Assembly: GCA_013698305.1 (NCBI GenBank)
Contig: JACCVC010000041.1
Location: forward strand, 1-44,716
DNA: 44,716 nucleotides
Direction: 5' to 3'
From: Chloroflexia bacterium
GTDB lineage: Bacteria; Chloroflexota; Chloroflexia; Thermomicrobiales; UBA6265
In this document: positions 1-8,841 of the stretch, one piece after another
How the letters are laid out: every line of letters begins with the position of its first letter
How positions within the stretch are numbered: position 1 is the stretch's first letter
The notes under the pieces: model-generated
Told to the model about the DNA's origin: nothing
Database searches by the model: none
What the model saw: only the letters and a program-made list of their open reading frames with translations
Program-made: the position numbers and the translations under genes

Positions 1-194
1 TGGCTGGGGCGGTGTTCATCGAAACCATCTTTGCCTGGCCGGGCATGGGGCGTCTCTTCGTGGAAAGCGTCGAGAATCGCGATTATCCGATCGTGATGGG
101 GCTCACGCTCATCCTCGCGATGATCATCCTGATGGCGAACTTGATCACGGATGTTGCCTATGGACTCATCGATCCCAGGATTCGCTATGACTGA
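1..194 (+). CDS. ABC peptide/nickel-type transporter permease, C-terminal fragment (DppB/OppB-like; 5' end lies outside the window)
   Basis: The open frame runs off the left edge. The tail ...ITDVAYGLIDPRIRYD is the typical C-terminus of DppB/OppB-type BPD_transp_1 permeases. The stop overlaps the next start (ATGA at 187-190). Confidence 0.8.
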   Translation, partial: AGAVFIETIFAWPGMGRLFVESVENRDYPIVMGLTLILAMIILMANLITDVAYGLIDPRIRYD

Positions 195-1095
195 TCATGC
201 AACGCAAACCCACCGTCGATACGGAGTGCGATTGACGGAGCGTGAGGTCAAGATCGAGGCCCCCTGGCGCGTGGCGATCCGCCGCTTCCGGCGTCACCGC
301 ATGGCCGTTGCAAGTCTGGTGCTGATCCTGATCGTCGCCGCGCTCGCGATCGGCGCGCCGCTCATCGCCCAGCACGATCCGTCGGCGATCGACCTGCGGG
401 CTCGCAATGAGGGTCCGTCGCTGAATCACTGGTTCGGCACCGACAGCACGGGGCGCGACTCGTTCGCCCGTACGGTCTATGCCGGGCAGGTCTCGCTCAT
501 GGTGGGTGTTGCGTCGGTGGTCATTTCGATTGGCGTTGGGGCATTGCTGGGCGCCCTCGCTGGCTATTGCGGTGGCTTCACCGACAGCGTCATCATGCGT
601 TTCACCGACGTGATGATGACGTTCCCGCCGATCATCGTCATTCTCACCGTCGCCGCGATCACCGGTCCGGGCTTGTGGAAAACCATCGCTCTGATCGGGT
701 TGCTGACCTGGCCGATACCCTGCCGGTTGGTCCGGGCCCGCTTCCTGTTGCTCCGCAATCTCGAATTCGTCCACGCCGCCAGGGTGATCGGCGCTCCGGA
801 TGGCCGCATCATGTTGCGACACGCCTTCCCGAATGTGATCGACGTGCTGATCGTCAACGCGACCCTGGGTGTCGCCGCGGCCATCCTGCTGGAAGCCGGG
901 CTGTCGTTCCTGGGTCTTGGCGTGCAGCCGCCCATCCCGAGCTGGGGCAATATGCTCAACGTTGCCAGGAATATCAGCACCCTGGAGAATGACTTCTGGC
1001 AATGGGCGCCCGCGGGAATCGCCATCGTATTCTGCGTGTTGGCCATCAATTTCATCGGCGATGGCCTTCGCGAAGCGCTCGATCCCCGCCTGTGA
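187..1095 (+). CDS. ABC peptide/nickel-type transporter permease (DppC/OppC-like)
   Basis: The ATG at 187 overlaps the upstream stop. There is an N-terminal TM segment. Motifs GTDSTGRDSFARTVYAG and ...INFIGDGLREALDPRL are typical of DppC/OppC. I chose the internal Met rather than the track start at 151. Confidence 0.85.
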   Translation: MTDHATQTHRRYGVRLTEREVKIEAPWRVAIRRFRRHRMAVASLVLILIVAALAIGAPLIAQHDPSAIDLRARNEGPSLNHWFGTDSTGRDSFARTVYAGQVSLMVGVASVVISIGVGALLGALAGYCGGFTDSVIMRFTDVMMTFPPIIVILTVAAITGPGLWKTIALIGLLTWPIPCRLVRARFLLLRNLEFVHAARVIGAPDGRIMLRHAFPNVIDVLIVNATLGVAAAILLEAGLSFLGLGVQPPIPSWGNMLNVARNISTLENDFWQWAPAGIAIVFCVLAINFIGDGLREALDPRL

Positions 1096-1153
1096 GTGGA
1101 CGAGCTGACATGTCGATTCAACTTCTGTTTGACGATGAGAAAGGCAACAGCAC

Positions 1154-2089
1154 ATGGCACTTGACGCGGCTCCACTTCACGGTGTGATTCCACCGGTATG
1201 CACACCACTGACACCGGAACGCGCGTTCGACCCGGACAGCTTCCGCCGCCTGCTCAATCACCAGATCGACGCCGGCATCCACGGCGCGTTCATTCTCGGC
1301 TCCACGAGCGAAGCGCCGTTGCTGACCAACGACGTGCAGGACGAGGTCATCGCGACCGCGGTCGAGCACATCGACGGGCGCGTGCCGGTCATCGCCGGGT
1401 GTATCGACTTCACCACGAATCGCGTGATCGAGCGGGTCCAACACGCCAGGGAGCTCGGCGCTGACGCCGTAGTCGTCTGCCCGCCGTTCTACGTCACGCC
1501 CAGCGTTGGCGAGATGATCCGGCACTTCGACGCTGTTCGAAGTGCTGTCGACCTGCCGATCCTCGCCTACGACGTGCCAGCGGCGACACACGTCAAGATG
1601 CCGCGGCCGGTCATTCATGAGCTGGCGTCATCCGGCGCGATTGTCGGCATCAAGGACAGTAGCGGGCAGGATGCCAATTTCCGCGGCGTGATCCTTGACA
1701 ATCAGGACAATCAGGGCTTTCGAATCTTTACCGGGTCTGAGCTTGTGTCGGACACGTCCATTTTCATGGGCGCGCATGGCATCGTGCCGGGTCTCGCCAA
1801 CGTCGATCCCGCCGGGTATGTGCGCCTGTTCGATGCGGCATCCGCCGGGGAGTGGGCTGTCGCTCGGAAGGAGCAGGATCGACTCTATCGCCTGTTCGAC
1901 ATTATTTACGTCCCCGAGCCGGACGCCTACGGTTTTTCTGCCGCCGCGCACGGTGCCTTCAAAGTGGCGCTGTATGAGCTCGGCCTGATCGCCCACCCGC
2001 ACACCGCCATGCCCCACACGCTGCTCACCGACGACCATCATCAGGAAATTCGACGACTGCTGCAGCGAGCGGGTCTCGTTCCGCAGTAG
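1154..2089 (+). CDS. Dihydrodipicolinate synthase / N-acetylneuraminate lyase family (class I aldolase) protein
   Basis: N-terminus GVIPPVCTPL, then GSTSE, PPFY and the Schiff-base lysine box GIKDSSG. RBS-like GAGAAAGG lies upstream. Confidence 0.8.
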   Translation: MALDAAPLHGVIPPVCTPLTPERAFDPDSFRRLLNHQIDAGIHGAFILGSTSEAPLLTNDVQDEVIATAVEHIDGRVPVIAGCIDFTTNRVIERVQHARELGADAVVVCPPFYVTPSVGEMIRHFDAVRSAVDLPILAYDVPAATHVKMPRPVIHELASSGAIVGIKDSSGQDANFRGVILDNQDNQGFRIFTGSELVSDTSIFMGAHGIVPGLANVDPAGYVRLFDAASAGEWAVARKEQDRLYRLFDIIYVPEPDAYGFSAAAHGAFKVALYELGLIAHPHTAMPHTLLTDDHHQEIRRLLQRAGLVPQ

Positions 2090-2133
2090 TCGTGCCCATA
2101 GCCGCGCGGCGCGCATTGTGCGACGATCAGGGT

Positions 2134-2185
2134 GTAGCTCCGGACAGACCTCGAGCATGAGGTCCAGGGCGACACGTGTCCGGAG
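2134..2185. repeat. REP-like GTAG-headed hairpin (outer stem CTCCGGACA/TGTCCGGAG with a nested GACCTC/GAGGTC hairpin)
   Basis: GTAG at 2134-2137. The 9-bp outer stem is 2138-2146 / 2177-2185. The inner perfect 6-bp stem is 2147-2152 / 2159-2164. The element is intergenic. Confidence 0.6.
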
Positions 2186-2215
2186 ATCGCTTCCGTAGCA
2201 TCGAGGAGAACGACG

Positions 2216-2659
2216 ATGGAACTTTCAGGTGAGCACACATTTGCCGCCCCACGCGAACAGGTCTGGACGTTTCTGCTGGATCCCGACACGCTGCAATCAT
2301 GCCTGCCGGGCTGCGAGGAACTCGAGGTCATCGGCGAGGAGGAGTATGCCGCGACGATGAAGATCGGCATCGGCATGATCAAGGGGACCTTCAAGGGCAA
2401 GGTCAAAATCAGCGACAAGCAGGAACCGTCAAGCTATCGGATGACGATCGACGGCAAGGGGCCGCAAGGGCAGGTGTCCGGCGACGGCGTCCTGGAGCTT
2501 GTGGAACAGGATGGCGGCACGCTGGTCAAATGGTCGGGCGATGCCAACGTGCGCGGCATGCTCGCTCGTATCGGCAGCCGGGTGATCAAACCCGCCGCGA
2601 CCTCGATTGTCGGGCAGTTCTTCGCCTGCCTCGAATCGAAAGCAGCCGCGGCCCAATGA
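2216..2659 (+). CDS. coxG: CoxG-like SRPBCC family protein (carbon monoxide dehydrogenase subunit G family)
   Basis: 147 aa. The pattern MELSGEHTFAAPREQVW...LQSCLPGCEELE...GKGPQGQVSG...GMLARIG matches the CoxG family. RBS GAGGAGAA is present. Confidence 0.8.
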   Translation: MELSGEHTFAAPREQVWTFLLDPDTLQSCLPGCEELEVIGEEEYAATMKIGIGMIKGTFKGKVKISDKQEPSSYRMTIDGKGPQGQVSGDGVLELVEQDGGTLVKWSGDANVRGMLARIGSRVIKPAATSIVGQFFACLESKAAAAQ

Positions 2660-2717
2660 CGCCATCACCAAACGCTTAATGCGCACATGTCGAGTGGATT
2701 TATCACGGCAGATATTC

Positions 2718-2794
2718 GTAGGGGCCGACCGGAGCCTGTCCTAAGCTTGTCAAAGGATCGGCCCGAGTTTCGGGAGGACAAGGTCCTCCCCTAC
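2718..2794. repeat. REPIN-like inverted doublet of GTAG-headed hairpins; the first hairpin carries a 29-nt loop insertion
   Basis: Sequence: GTAGGGGCCGA(2718-2728)...TCGGCCC(2758-2764), then GGGAGGAC-AAG-GTCCTCCC(2772-2790)-CTAC(2791-2794). It is near-identical to the doublet at 41275-41329 apart from the loop insertion. Confidence 0.75.
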
Positions 2795-2820
2795 GAACTC
2801 GCTTGCGGAGGAGAAACCCG

Positions 2821-3342
2821 GTGTCACCAACGACGATCGATGTCGCAATCAACGTAAATGGGGAGACGCATCAGGTTGATGTCGAGCCCCGTACACTTCT
2901 GGTTCATTTCATCCGCGAGCAGGCGGGGCTGACTGGCACGCATACCGGCTGCGAGACCGGCCAATGCGGCGCTTGCACGGTGCTGCTCGATGGCCACGCC
3001 GTCAAGAGCTGCATGGTGCTGGCCGCCCAGGCGACCGGGCACGAGGTGATGACGATCGAAGGTCTCGCCACCTCCGCCGATGAGCTTCACCCGCTCCAAA
3101 CCGTCTTCTGGGAAGAGCATGGACTCCAGTGCGGGTACTGCACGCCGGGCGTTCTGCTCTCCAGCCTCGCGCTGCTGCGGGACAATCCGTCCCCGGATGA
3201 TCAGCAGATCCGCCACGCGCTGGAGGGCAATATCTGCCGCTGCACCGGCTATCACAACATCATCAACGCGGTCCGGGTAGCGGCCGAGCAACTGACTCCA
3301 GATCAACTCAGCGCCCAAGCGGCCACTTCGGAGGTGCGCTAA
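2821..3342 (+). CDS. coxS: [2Fe-2S]-binding small subunit of an aerobic CODH / xanthine dehydrogenase-family molybdoenzyme
   Basis: Cys motifs [19 protein letters not shown] and CRCTGY. The GTG at 2821 is preceded by GGAGGAG with about 7 nt spacing, so I prefer it to the TTG track start at 2803. Confidence 0.9.
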   Translation: MSPTTIDVAINVNGETHQVDVEPRTLLVHFIREQAGLTGTHTGCETGQCGACTVLLDGHAVKSCMVLAAQATGHEVMTIEGLATSADELHPLQTVFWEEHGLQCGYCTPGVLLSSLALLRDNPSPDDQQIRHALEGNICRCTGYHNIINAVRVAAEQLTPDQLSAQAATSEVR

Positions 3343-4214
3343 TGTATCCGGCTCCATTCGACTACCATCGCGCCACCTCGGTCGATGACGTGCTGACCCT
3401 GCTGGCTGAGCACACTGATACCGCGAAGCTGCTCGCCGGTGGCCACAGCCTCTTGCCGGTCATGAAGCTGCGCCTCGCCCAGCCCGAGCTGCTGATCGAC
3501 ATTAACGATCTCGACGAGCTGCGAAACATCTCGGTCGAGGCCGATCACATCACCATTGGCGCGATGGTCACCCACCATACCCTTGCCACCAACCCGGAGA
3601 TTGCCAGCGCCGTGTCATTGCTGGTCGAGATCGCGCACGTCGTCGGAGACCAGCAGGTGCGCAACCTCGGCACGATCGGCGGCGCGCTGGCCCACGCTGA
3701 CCCCGCCGCCGACTATCCCGCCGGGATGCTGGCACTGGACGCCAGCATCGTCGCGATGTCCGCCAACGGCGAGCGAGCCATCCCGATCGATGAGTTCTTT
3801 ACCGGGTTCCTGACCACCGCGCTCGAACCGGCCGAGCTCCTGACTGCTATTCGGATACCGCGAACCGGAGATTCGTTTGGGGCGGCATACGAAAAGCTGG
3901 CGAATCCCGCCTCTGGCTACGCGACGGTCGGTATTGCCGTCGCCCTCACCACTGACACCGCGGGAGAGATCGACAGCATCCGGATCGGCGTCACCGGCAC
4001 CGGCGCTTCCGCCTACCGCCCGACCTCGGTCGAGGAGGCGTTGATCGGGAGTGCCGGCGACAACGCCACATTGAAGGCGGCCGTCAGGACCGCGACGGAT
4101 GGTATCGACGTGATGGAGGACAAGCACGGTCCGGCCGACTACCGGGCCCGCGTCACCCAGAACCTGATCCGCCGGGCCGTTTTCCGCGCCCTCGCGAGCG
4201 CCAACGGGGCGTAG
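3342..4214 (+). CDS. coxM: FAD-binding medium subunit of an aerobic CODH / xanthine dehydrogenase-family molybdoenzyme
   Basis: The start overlaps the coxS stop (TAATG). FAD-binding box LLAGGHSLLPVMKLR and GTIGGALAHADPAADYP are present. Confidence 0.9.
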   Translation: MYPAPFDYHRATSVDDVLTLLAEHTDTAKLLAGGHSLLPVMKLRLAQPELLIDINDLDELRNISVEADHITIGAMVTHHTLATNPEIASAVSLLVEIAHVVGDQQVRNLGTIGGALAHADPAADYPAGMLALDASIVAMSANGERAIPIDEFFTGFLTTALEPAELLTAIRIPRTGDSFGAAYEKLANPASGYATVGIAVALTTDTAGEIDSIRIGVTGTGASAYRPTSVEEALIGSAGDNATLKAAVRTATDGIDVMEDKHGPADYRARVTQNLIRRAVFRALASANGA

Positions 4215-4245
4215 ACGTCTTCGAATTGACGCGACGGATGCAGGT

Positions 4246-4722
4246 TTACGTGGTCGCGTCGGGCTCCTCCATGTCGGCGTGGACCAGCATCGCCGTCGCG
4301 AATTCCTTGCGGCGGAAGAACAGCCGGATCTCCTTCCAGAGTTCCGGCTCGTTGCGGCCAAGGTCCAGCAGCTTCTGCGAGAAGGTCACGTCCCCCTGGG
4401 CCCGCAATTCGGTCATGAATTCGGTCGATAGCAATTCCGCCAGGTAGACCGGACCGATGTCCGCGAATTTCTCCCGGTAGTAGGCGATCAGCCGGACCAC
4501 ATCCTCGGTGTTGAGCGCCGCGCCGTCGTCTGACGAGAACGCGCCGCGCCAGTCGACGACGTTGAGGAACTCGTCGATCAGCGAAATTCGCTCGCCCTTG
4601 CGGACCCGGTCGAGCAGGGTGTCGACCCGGGTCCGGTCGATCGGCAATTCGTGCGGCGTTTCCGGAAACCCGCGCCCAGGCCGCACCCCGGCGACCGCGT
4701 CCTGAAATCTGTCATCCGTCAT
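4246..4722 (-). CDS. Hypothetical protein (158 aa, acidic, helical-looking)
   Basis: GC3-rich frame. The internal Met (MTDDRFQDAV...) at 4722 is preceded by GAGGGAAG. The 79-aa N-terminal extension in the track (to 4959) overlaps the PBP start and looks non-coding. I recognised no family. Confidence 0.55.
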   Translation of the reverse strand: MTDDRFQDAVAGVRPGRGFPETPHELPIDRTRVDTLLDRVRKGERISLIDEFLNVVDWRGAFSSDDGAALNTEDVVRLIAYYREKFADIGPVYLAELLSTEFMTELRAQGDVTFSQKLLDLGRNEPELWKEIRLFFRRKEFATAMLVHADMEEPDATT

Positions 4723-4950
4723 GGTGTCCGAACTTCCCTCTGGTGCGCTGCATCGCGGCCCTTTTCCTACAGAAGGACCGTACCACGAGGCGCGACGGCC
4801 ATTTGGTACCATTGGACCTGACGCCGGTGCGTTGCCGATGAAACCGGTCACCCCAGCCCAGCGTTCAAGAAAGAGCAGACCGCCACAACGGCGCGCCCCC
4901 ACCTGCCTGATTGCGCATCCAATTGCAATCCATCGTTCCCCGGAGGAAGC

Positions 4951-7404
4951 ATGGCCCACGGACGTATCTCACGCGCGCACCAGCGACAGGCAGCCGCCAA
5001 ACGGCGCCTGGCTCGGTATGGGCCGACCCGGTTCGGCCAGCGAGGCCAAAAGCTTCCGCCTAATCTTCTCAGGGAAAGCAGCGGACGCACGAAGAAGTCC
5101 GGGTTGATCACGATCTCGCGGATGGCCATGCTCGCCGGCGCAGTGAGCCTGATCGCGACCGGCATCTTCATCGTGTTCACGGTCATCACCTCTGTGCTGG
5201 GCGTGACGGGCACCATGGCCGCCTATCGCAACGTCAACGAAGACCTTCCCAACGCCGCCGATATCGCGGTCGAAACGTTCCAGACGACCAAGCTCTATGA
5301 CCGTGACGGCGAGCTGCTCCAGGAAGTCGACAATCCCAACTACGGCTGGCGCACCTACGTCTCGCTCGACGATATTTCGCCCTGGCTGATCGACGCTACC
5401 GTGGCCGCCGAGGACGCGACGTACTGGAACAACTACGGCGTCGAGCCGGTCGGCATCGTCCGCGCCGCCTGGATCAATGTCAGCGGCACGGGTTCGTCGG
5501 GCGCGTCAACCATTACCCAGCAGCTTGTCCGGTCCATCTATCCGGACGAGATCGGCTTCGACGTCACCTACACCCGCAAGGCGCGGGAGGCGCTCGCTGC
5601 CGTCGCGCTGGCGCAGCAGTACTCCAAGACCGATATCATGACGATGTACCTCAACCAGATCTATTACGGCAATCGGTCCTACGGGATCGAGGCGGCGTCG
5701 CAGACGATGTTCAACAAGCGTGCCGCCGACCTCAACCTGGCGGAGGCGTCATTTCTGGCCGGCCTGCCGCAGCAGCCCAGTGCCTTCGCGGATGACTTTG
5801 GCGCTGCCAAGAATCGCCAGCAATACGTGCTCGAGCAGATGATCGAGTACGACTACATCACCGAAGCGGAGGGGGTCGCAGCCTTTAACGAGCCATTGCA
5901 ACCCAGTGAGGATCGTTCCGGCATGGTCCAGAACGCGCCCCATTTCACCCAGTACGTCAAGGAATACATCCTCGACACCTACGGTGAGGAGGCGCTCTAC
6001 GGTGGGCTGCACATCACCACCTCCATCGACCTCGACCTGCAGCAGGTCTCCGAGCAGGTGGTGGCCGCGGGAGTCGCCGACATGGAAGCCTTTCAGCGCA
6101 ACAATGGCGCGATGGTCGTGATGGTGCCCTGGAGCGGCGAGGTGCTGGCGATGGTCGGTTCCGCTGATTTCAACGACGCGCTGATCAACGGCCAGGTGAA
6201 TTACGCCACCAGCCTGATCCAGCCCGGATCGTCGATCAAGCCGATCGTCTATGCGGCGGCGTTCTCGGAAGGATGGAACCCTGCCACTCTCGTAATGGAT
6301 GTCCCCTCCGTGTGGGACTCCCCCGGCCAGCCAGAGCCCTATGAGCCGCAGAACTACACACGGACATTCTATGGCGCGGTGTCTGTGCGTACCTCGCTGG
6401 CGAACTCATTGAATATCCCGGCGGTGAAAGCGACGGAATACGCCGGCCTGACCAATGTGATGGACACTGCCGACGCCATGGGGTATGACGATAGCTTGCC
6501 GCAGGATCCGGATTTTTACGGTCTTGCGCTCGGACTCGGCGCCGGTGAAGTCGAGCTACTTGAGCACACCAACGCCTACGCCACGCTCGCCAATAACGGC
6601 ACCTTCGTGCCGCCACACCCGATCCTGAAGATCGCCGACAGCCAGGGCAATGTGCTGTTCGAGCTTGATCCGGAAGAGGTCGAGGACGAGAGCGAGCAGG
6701 CGCTCGAACCCGGTCACGCCTACCAGGTCACCTCGATCCTGGCCGATGACGAGGCCCGTGAGCTGATCTTCGGCCCCGACAACATCTTCGGCGCGACCTC
6801 ACAGCAACTCGGTCGCCCGGTCGCGGCCAAATCCGGCACCACGGAGAACTGGCGAGACCTTTGGACCATGGGCTACACCTCGGATGTCTCAATCGGGGTT
6901 TGGGTGGGGCGGAGTGGCGACAGCAATCCATCTGCGTCGCTGCCCGAGCTCGACGGCAGTCAGGCGGCAGGGCCGATTTGGCAGGAGATGATGAACGTCG
7001 TCCACGATACGCCGGAGTTTAAGGCGTTGCTGGTCGGCCCTGACGGCCAGCCGATGCCCGACGACTTTGCGCAGCCGGACGATGTCTATCGTGGCGAGGT
7101 TTGTTCCGCAACCGGAAACGACGCCACCAGCGGTGGCACGACCACCGACTGGCTGGTGAGGGGTGACGGGCCGGACAACGCCTGTGGCGACCTGACCGAC
7201 TATCAGCGGGAAGAGCTCGAGAAGGCGATTGATTCCCTGCGAGAGCGCGATGCGCGGTGGGCAAGCGGCGCGATCGCCAGCGTGAGAGAATACGCGGACG
7301 CGGCGGGCGTTCGGGGTGTCCGGGCCCCGGCTGGCAATGACAATGATCGCCCGGGCGACAGCGATGATGAAGACGATGATCAGATCATCGAACCTATAGA
7401 TTGA
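4951..7404 (+). CDS. Class A penicillin-binding protein (bifunctional GT51 transglycosylase / transpeptidase)
   Basis: GT51 motifs EDATYWNNYGVEP, GASTITQQL and RKAREA...YSKTDIMTMYLNQIYYG. Transpeptidase motifs SSIKP (SxxK), SLN and KSGTT. One N-terminal TM follows a basic tail. The C-terminal tail is acidic. Confidence 0.92.
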   Translation: MAHGRISRAHQRQAAAKRRLARYGPTRFGQRGQKLPPNLLRESSGRTKKSGLITISRMAMLAGAVSLIATGIFIVFTVITSVLGVTGTMAAYRNVNEDLPNAADIAVETFQTTKLYDRDGELLQEVDNPNYGWRTYVSLDDISPWLIDATVAAEDATYWNNYGVEPVGIVRAAWINVSGTGSSGASTITQQLVRSIYPDEIGFDVTYTRKAREALAAVALAQQYSKTDIMTMYLNQIYYGNRSYGIEAASQTMFNKRAADLNLAEASFLAGLPQQPSAFADDFGAAKNRQQYVLEQMIEYDYITEAEGVAAFNEPLQPSEDRSGMVQNAPHFTQYVKEYILDTYGEEALYGGLHITTSIDLDLQQVSEQVVAAGVADMEAFQRNNGAMVVMVPWSGEVLAMVGSADFNDALINGQVNYATSLIQPGSSIKPIVYAAAFSEGWNPATLVMDVPSVWDSPGQPEPYEPQNYTRTFYGAVSVRTSLANSLNIPAVKATEYAGLTNVMDTADAMGYDDSLPQDPDFYGLALGLGAGEVELLEHTNAYATLANNGTFVPPHPILKIADSQGNVLFELDPEEVEDESEQALEPGHAYQVTSILADDEARELIFGPDNIFGATSQQLGRPVAAKSGTTENWRDLWTMGYTSDVSIGVWVGRSGDSNPSASLPELDGSQAAGPIWQEMMNVVHDTPEFKALLVGPDGQPMPDDFAQPDDVYRGEVCSATGNDATSGGTTTDWLVRGDGPDNACGDLTDYQREELEKAIDSLRERDARWASGAIASVREYADAAGVRGVRAPAGNDNDRPGDSDDEDDDQIIEPID

Positions 7405-7420
7405 TGGGGGACAATTATGA

Positions 7421-7482
7421 GGGAGGCCCTTGTGGCCTCCCGTACGGGCCGTGCAGACCTCGAACACAAGACTCGAGGCTAC
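7421..7482. repeat. Two REP-like hairpins in the same orientation (each followed by GTAC/CTAC)
   Basis: GGGAGGCC-CTTGT-GGCCTCCC (7421-7441) then GTAC. CCTCGA-ACACAAGAC-TCGAGG (7458-7478) then CTAC. They lie between the convergent PBP and Lrp genes. Confidence 0.7.
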
Positions 7483-7521
7483 AAATGCCGGTCCTTTGCG
7501 ACACCGTCTCGTCCCGCCGAA

Positions 7522-8028
7522 TCAGTTCTCGGTGGCGCTGCGACGCCGGCGGGTCGCGCGTAATCGTCGGGTGACGACATCGGGCGGCGGCATGATGGGC
7601 GAATCCTGTACCGGAATCGACAGCACGATCTCCGCCTCCACCGCCTCGGTCAGCCCGCCAAGCGTGTTCATCAGCTCCTCGAGTTCCGCCGTCCCCGCGA
7701 AGTGCGCTCGGATCATGAAGTTCCGGACACCGCTCACCCTCACCACTTCTTCCACCGCGTCATGTCCCCGCAGCAGCGACAGGAACTCCTCCTGCTTCGG
7801 CTGGGATACCGTCGTCGAGATGATCACGGACAGCGGCCTGCCGACGGCGGTCGGATCGACCAGCCCGCGGTATCCGGTCAGCATGCCGCGCTCTTCCAAC
7901 CGGCGCACCCGCTCGATAACCGCGGGACTGGACATGCCGATCTGCTCCGCCAGCGCCTTCATCGTCAGGCGGCCATCGTCCTGCAAGGCGGAGAGTATCC
8001 GTTCATCGAGCGTATCAAGCTTCGGCAT
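7522..8028 (-). CDS. Lrp/AsnC family transcriptional regulator
   Basis: HTH region LDERILSALQDDGRLTMKALAEQIGMSSPAVIERVRRLEERG followed by an AsnC-type ligand domain. The ATG at 8028 is preceded by GAGGAG. Confidence 0.88.
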   Translation of the reverse strand: MPKLDTLDERILSALQDDGRLTMKALAEQIGMSSPAVIERVRRLEERGMLTGYRGLVDPTAVGRPLSVIISTTVSQPKQEEFLSLLRGHDAVEEVVRVSGVRNFMIRAHFAGTAELEELMNTLGGLTEAVEAEIVLSIPVQDSPIMPPPDVVTRRLRATRRRRSATEN

Positions 8029-8088
8029 GTGACTCCTCACGTGGCTTATGGCGAATGTATCGTTGGCGGAACCCGGTATCAGGCTAGC

Positions 8089-8838
8089 TTACCGCATCTG
8101 TTTGGCGCGACGTATTGCGCTACGATGCGCAATCTGTTCCGTCGTGTCACTTAATGCATCTAACGCAGCATCTGTACCATGACGTCGTCTCGCGCCAGCC
8201 TCGATCAGCCAGTCGGCAAGTTTTGGGTTTTTCGGCAGCAGCGCGCCATGCAGATAGCAGCCGATCGCATTGCGAAACCGCACCCCTTCGGTGCCATCCT
8301 TGCCGTTGTTGCCGCGACCAATAGTCACCTTGCCCATCGGCGTGGCAGCGCTGCCAAGCCAGGTGAGACCGCTGTGGTTCTCGAATCCGACCAGCGAGCC
8401 CCATTCGTTGGATTCCACCAGGACATTCCCGATAAACCGCTCGGACCCCGCCTCGGAGGTGACATCGAACAGGCCGATCCCCGGCAACGGCTCCGCGCCA
8501 TACGGTCGGTATTCGTGGCCCAGAAGCTGGTAGCCTCCGCAGATCGACAACATCGCCGCGCCGTTGTCGACGGCCCGGTTGATGGCTTTGCCCTTGGGAC
8601 CCACCAGGTCGCGTGAGACCGCGATCTGCTCCTGATCCTGCCCGCCGCCGAAGAAGAAGATATCGACGTCATCCGGAATGGGCTCGCCGATGCCGATCTC
8701 CACCACCTCCGGGTCGATCCCGCGCCAACGTGCCCGCTGCGTCAGGGCAATGATGTTGCCCCGATCACCATAGATATTCATGCGAGCGCCGTAGAGCCAG
8801 GCGATCTTGAGGTCACAGGGTTTGGATGGTTGGGTCAT
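8089..8838 (-). CDS. gatD: Lipid II isoglutaminyl synthase, glutaminase subunit (CobQ/CobB-type glutamine amidotransferase, GatD)
   Basis: Nucleophile box SICGGYQLLG and downstream CYLHGALLPKNP. It lies immediately downstream of murT (3-nt gap). Confidence 0.85.
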   Translation of the reverse strand: MTQPSKPCDLKIAWLYGARMNIYGDRGNIIALTQRARWRGIDPEVVEIGIGEPIPDDVDIFFFGGGQDQEQIAVSRDLVGPKGKAINRAVDNGAAMLSICGGYQLLGHEYRPYGAEPLPGIGLFDVTSEAGSERFIGNVLVESNEWGSLVGFENHSGLTWLGSAATPMGKVTIGRGNNGKDGTEGVRFRNAIGCYLHGALLPKNPKLADWLIEAGARRRHGTDAALDALSDTTEQIAHRSAIRRAKQMR

Positions 8839-8841
8839 GGT

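Noticed and set aside
166-1155. 329-aa ORF antisense to the dppC-like permease gene
   Set aside because: The product is Arg/Gly/Asp/His-rich and low complexity. The opposite strand carries clear permease motifs. This is a typical shadow ORF of high-GC DNA.
4723-4959. 79-aa N-terminal extension of the hypothetical protein ORF
   Set aside because: It overlaps the PBP start region and has no coding-like composition. A good RBS precedes the internal Met at 4722.
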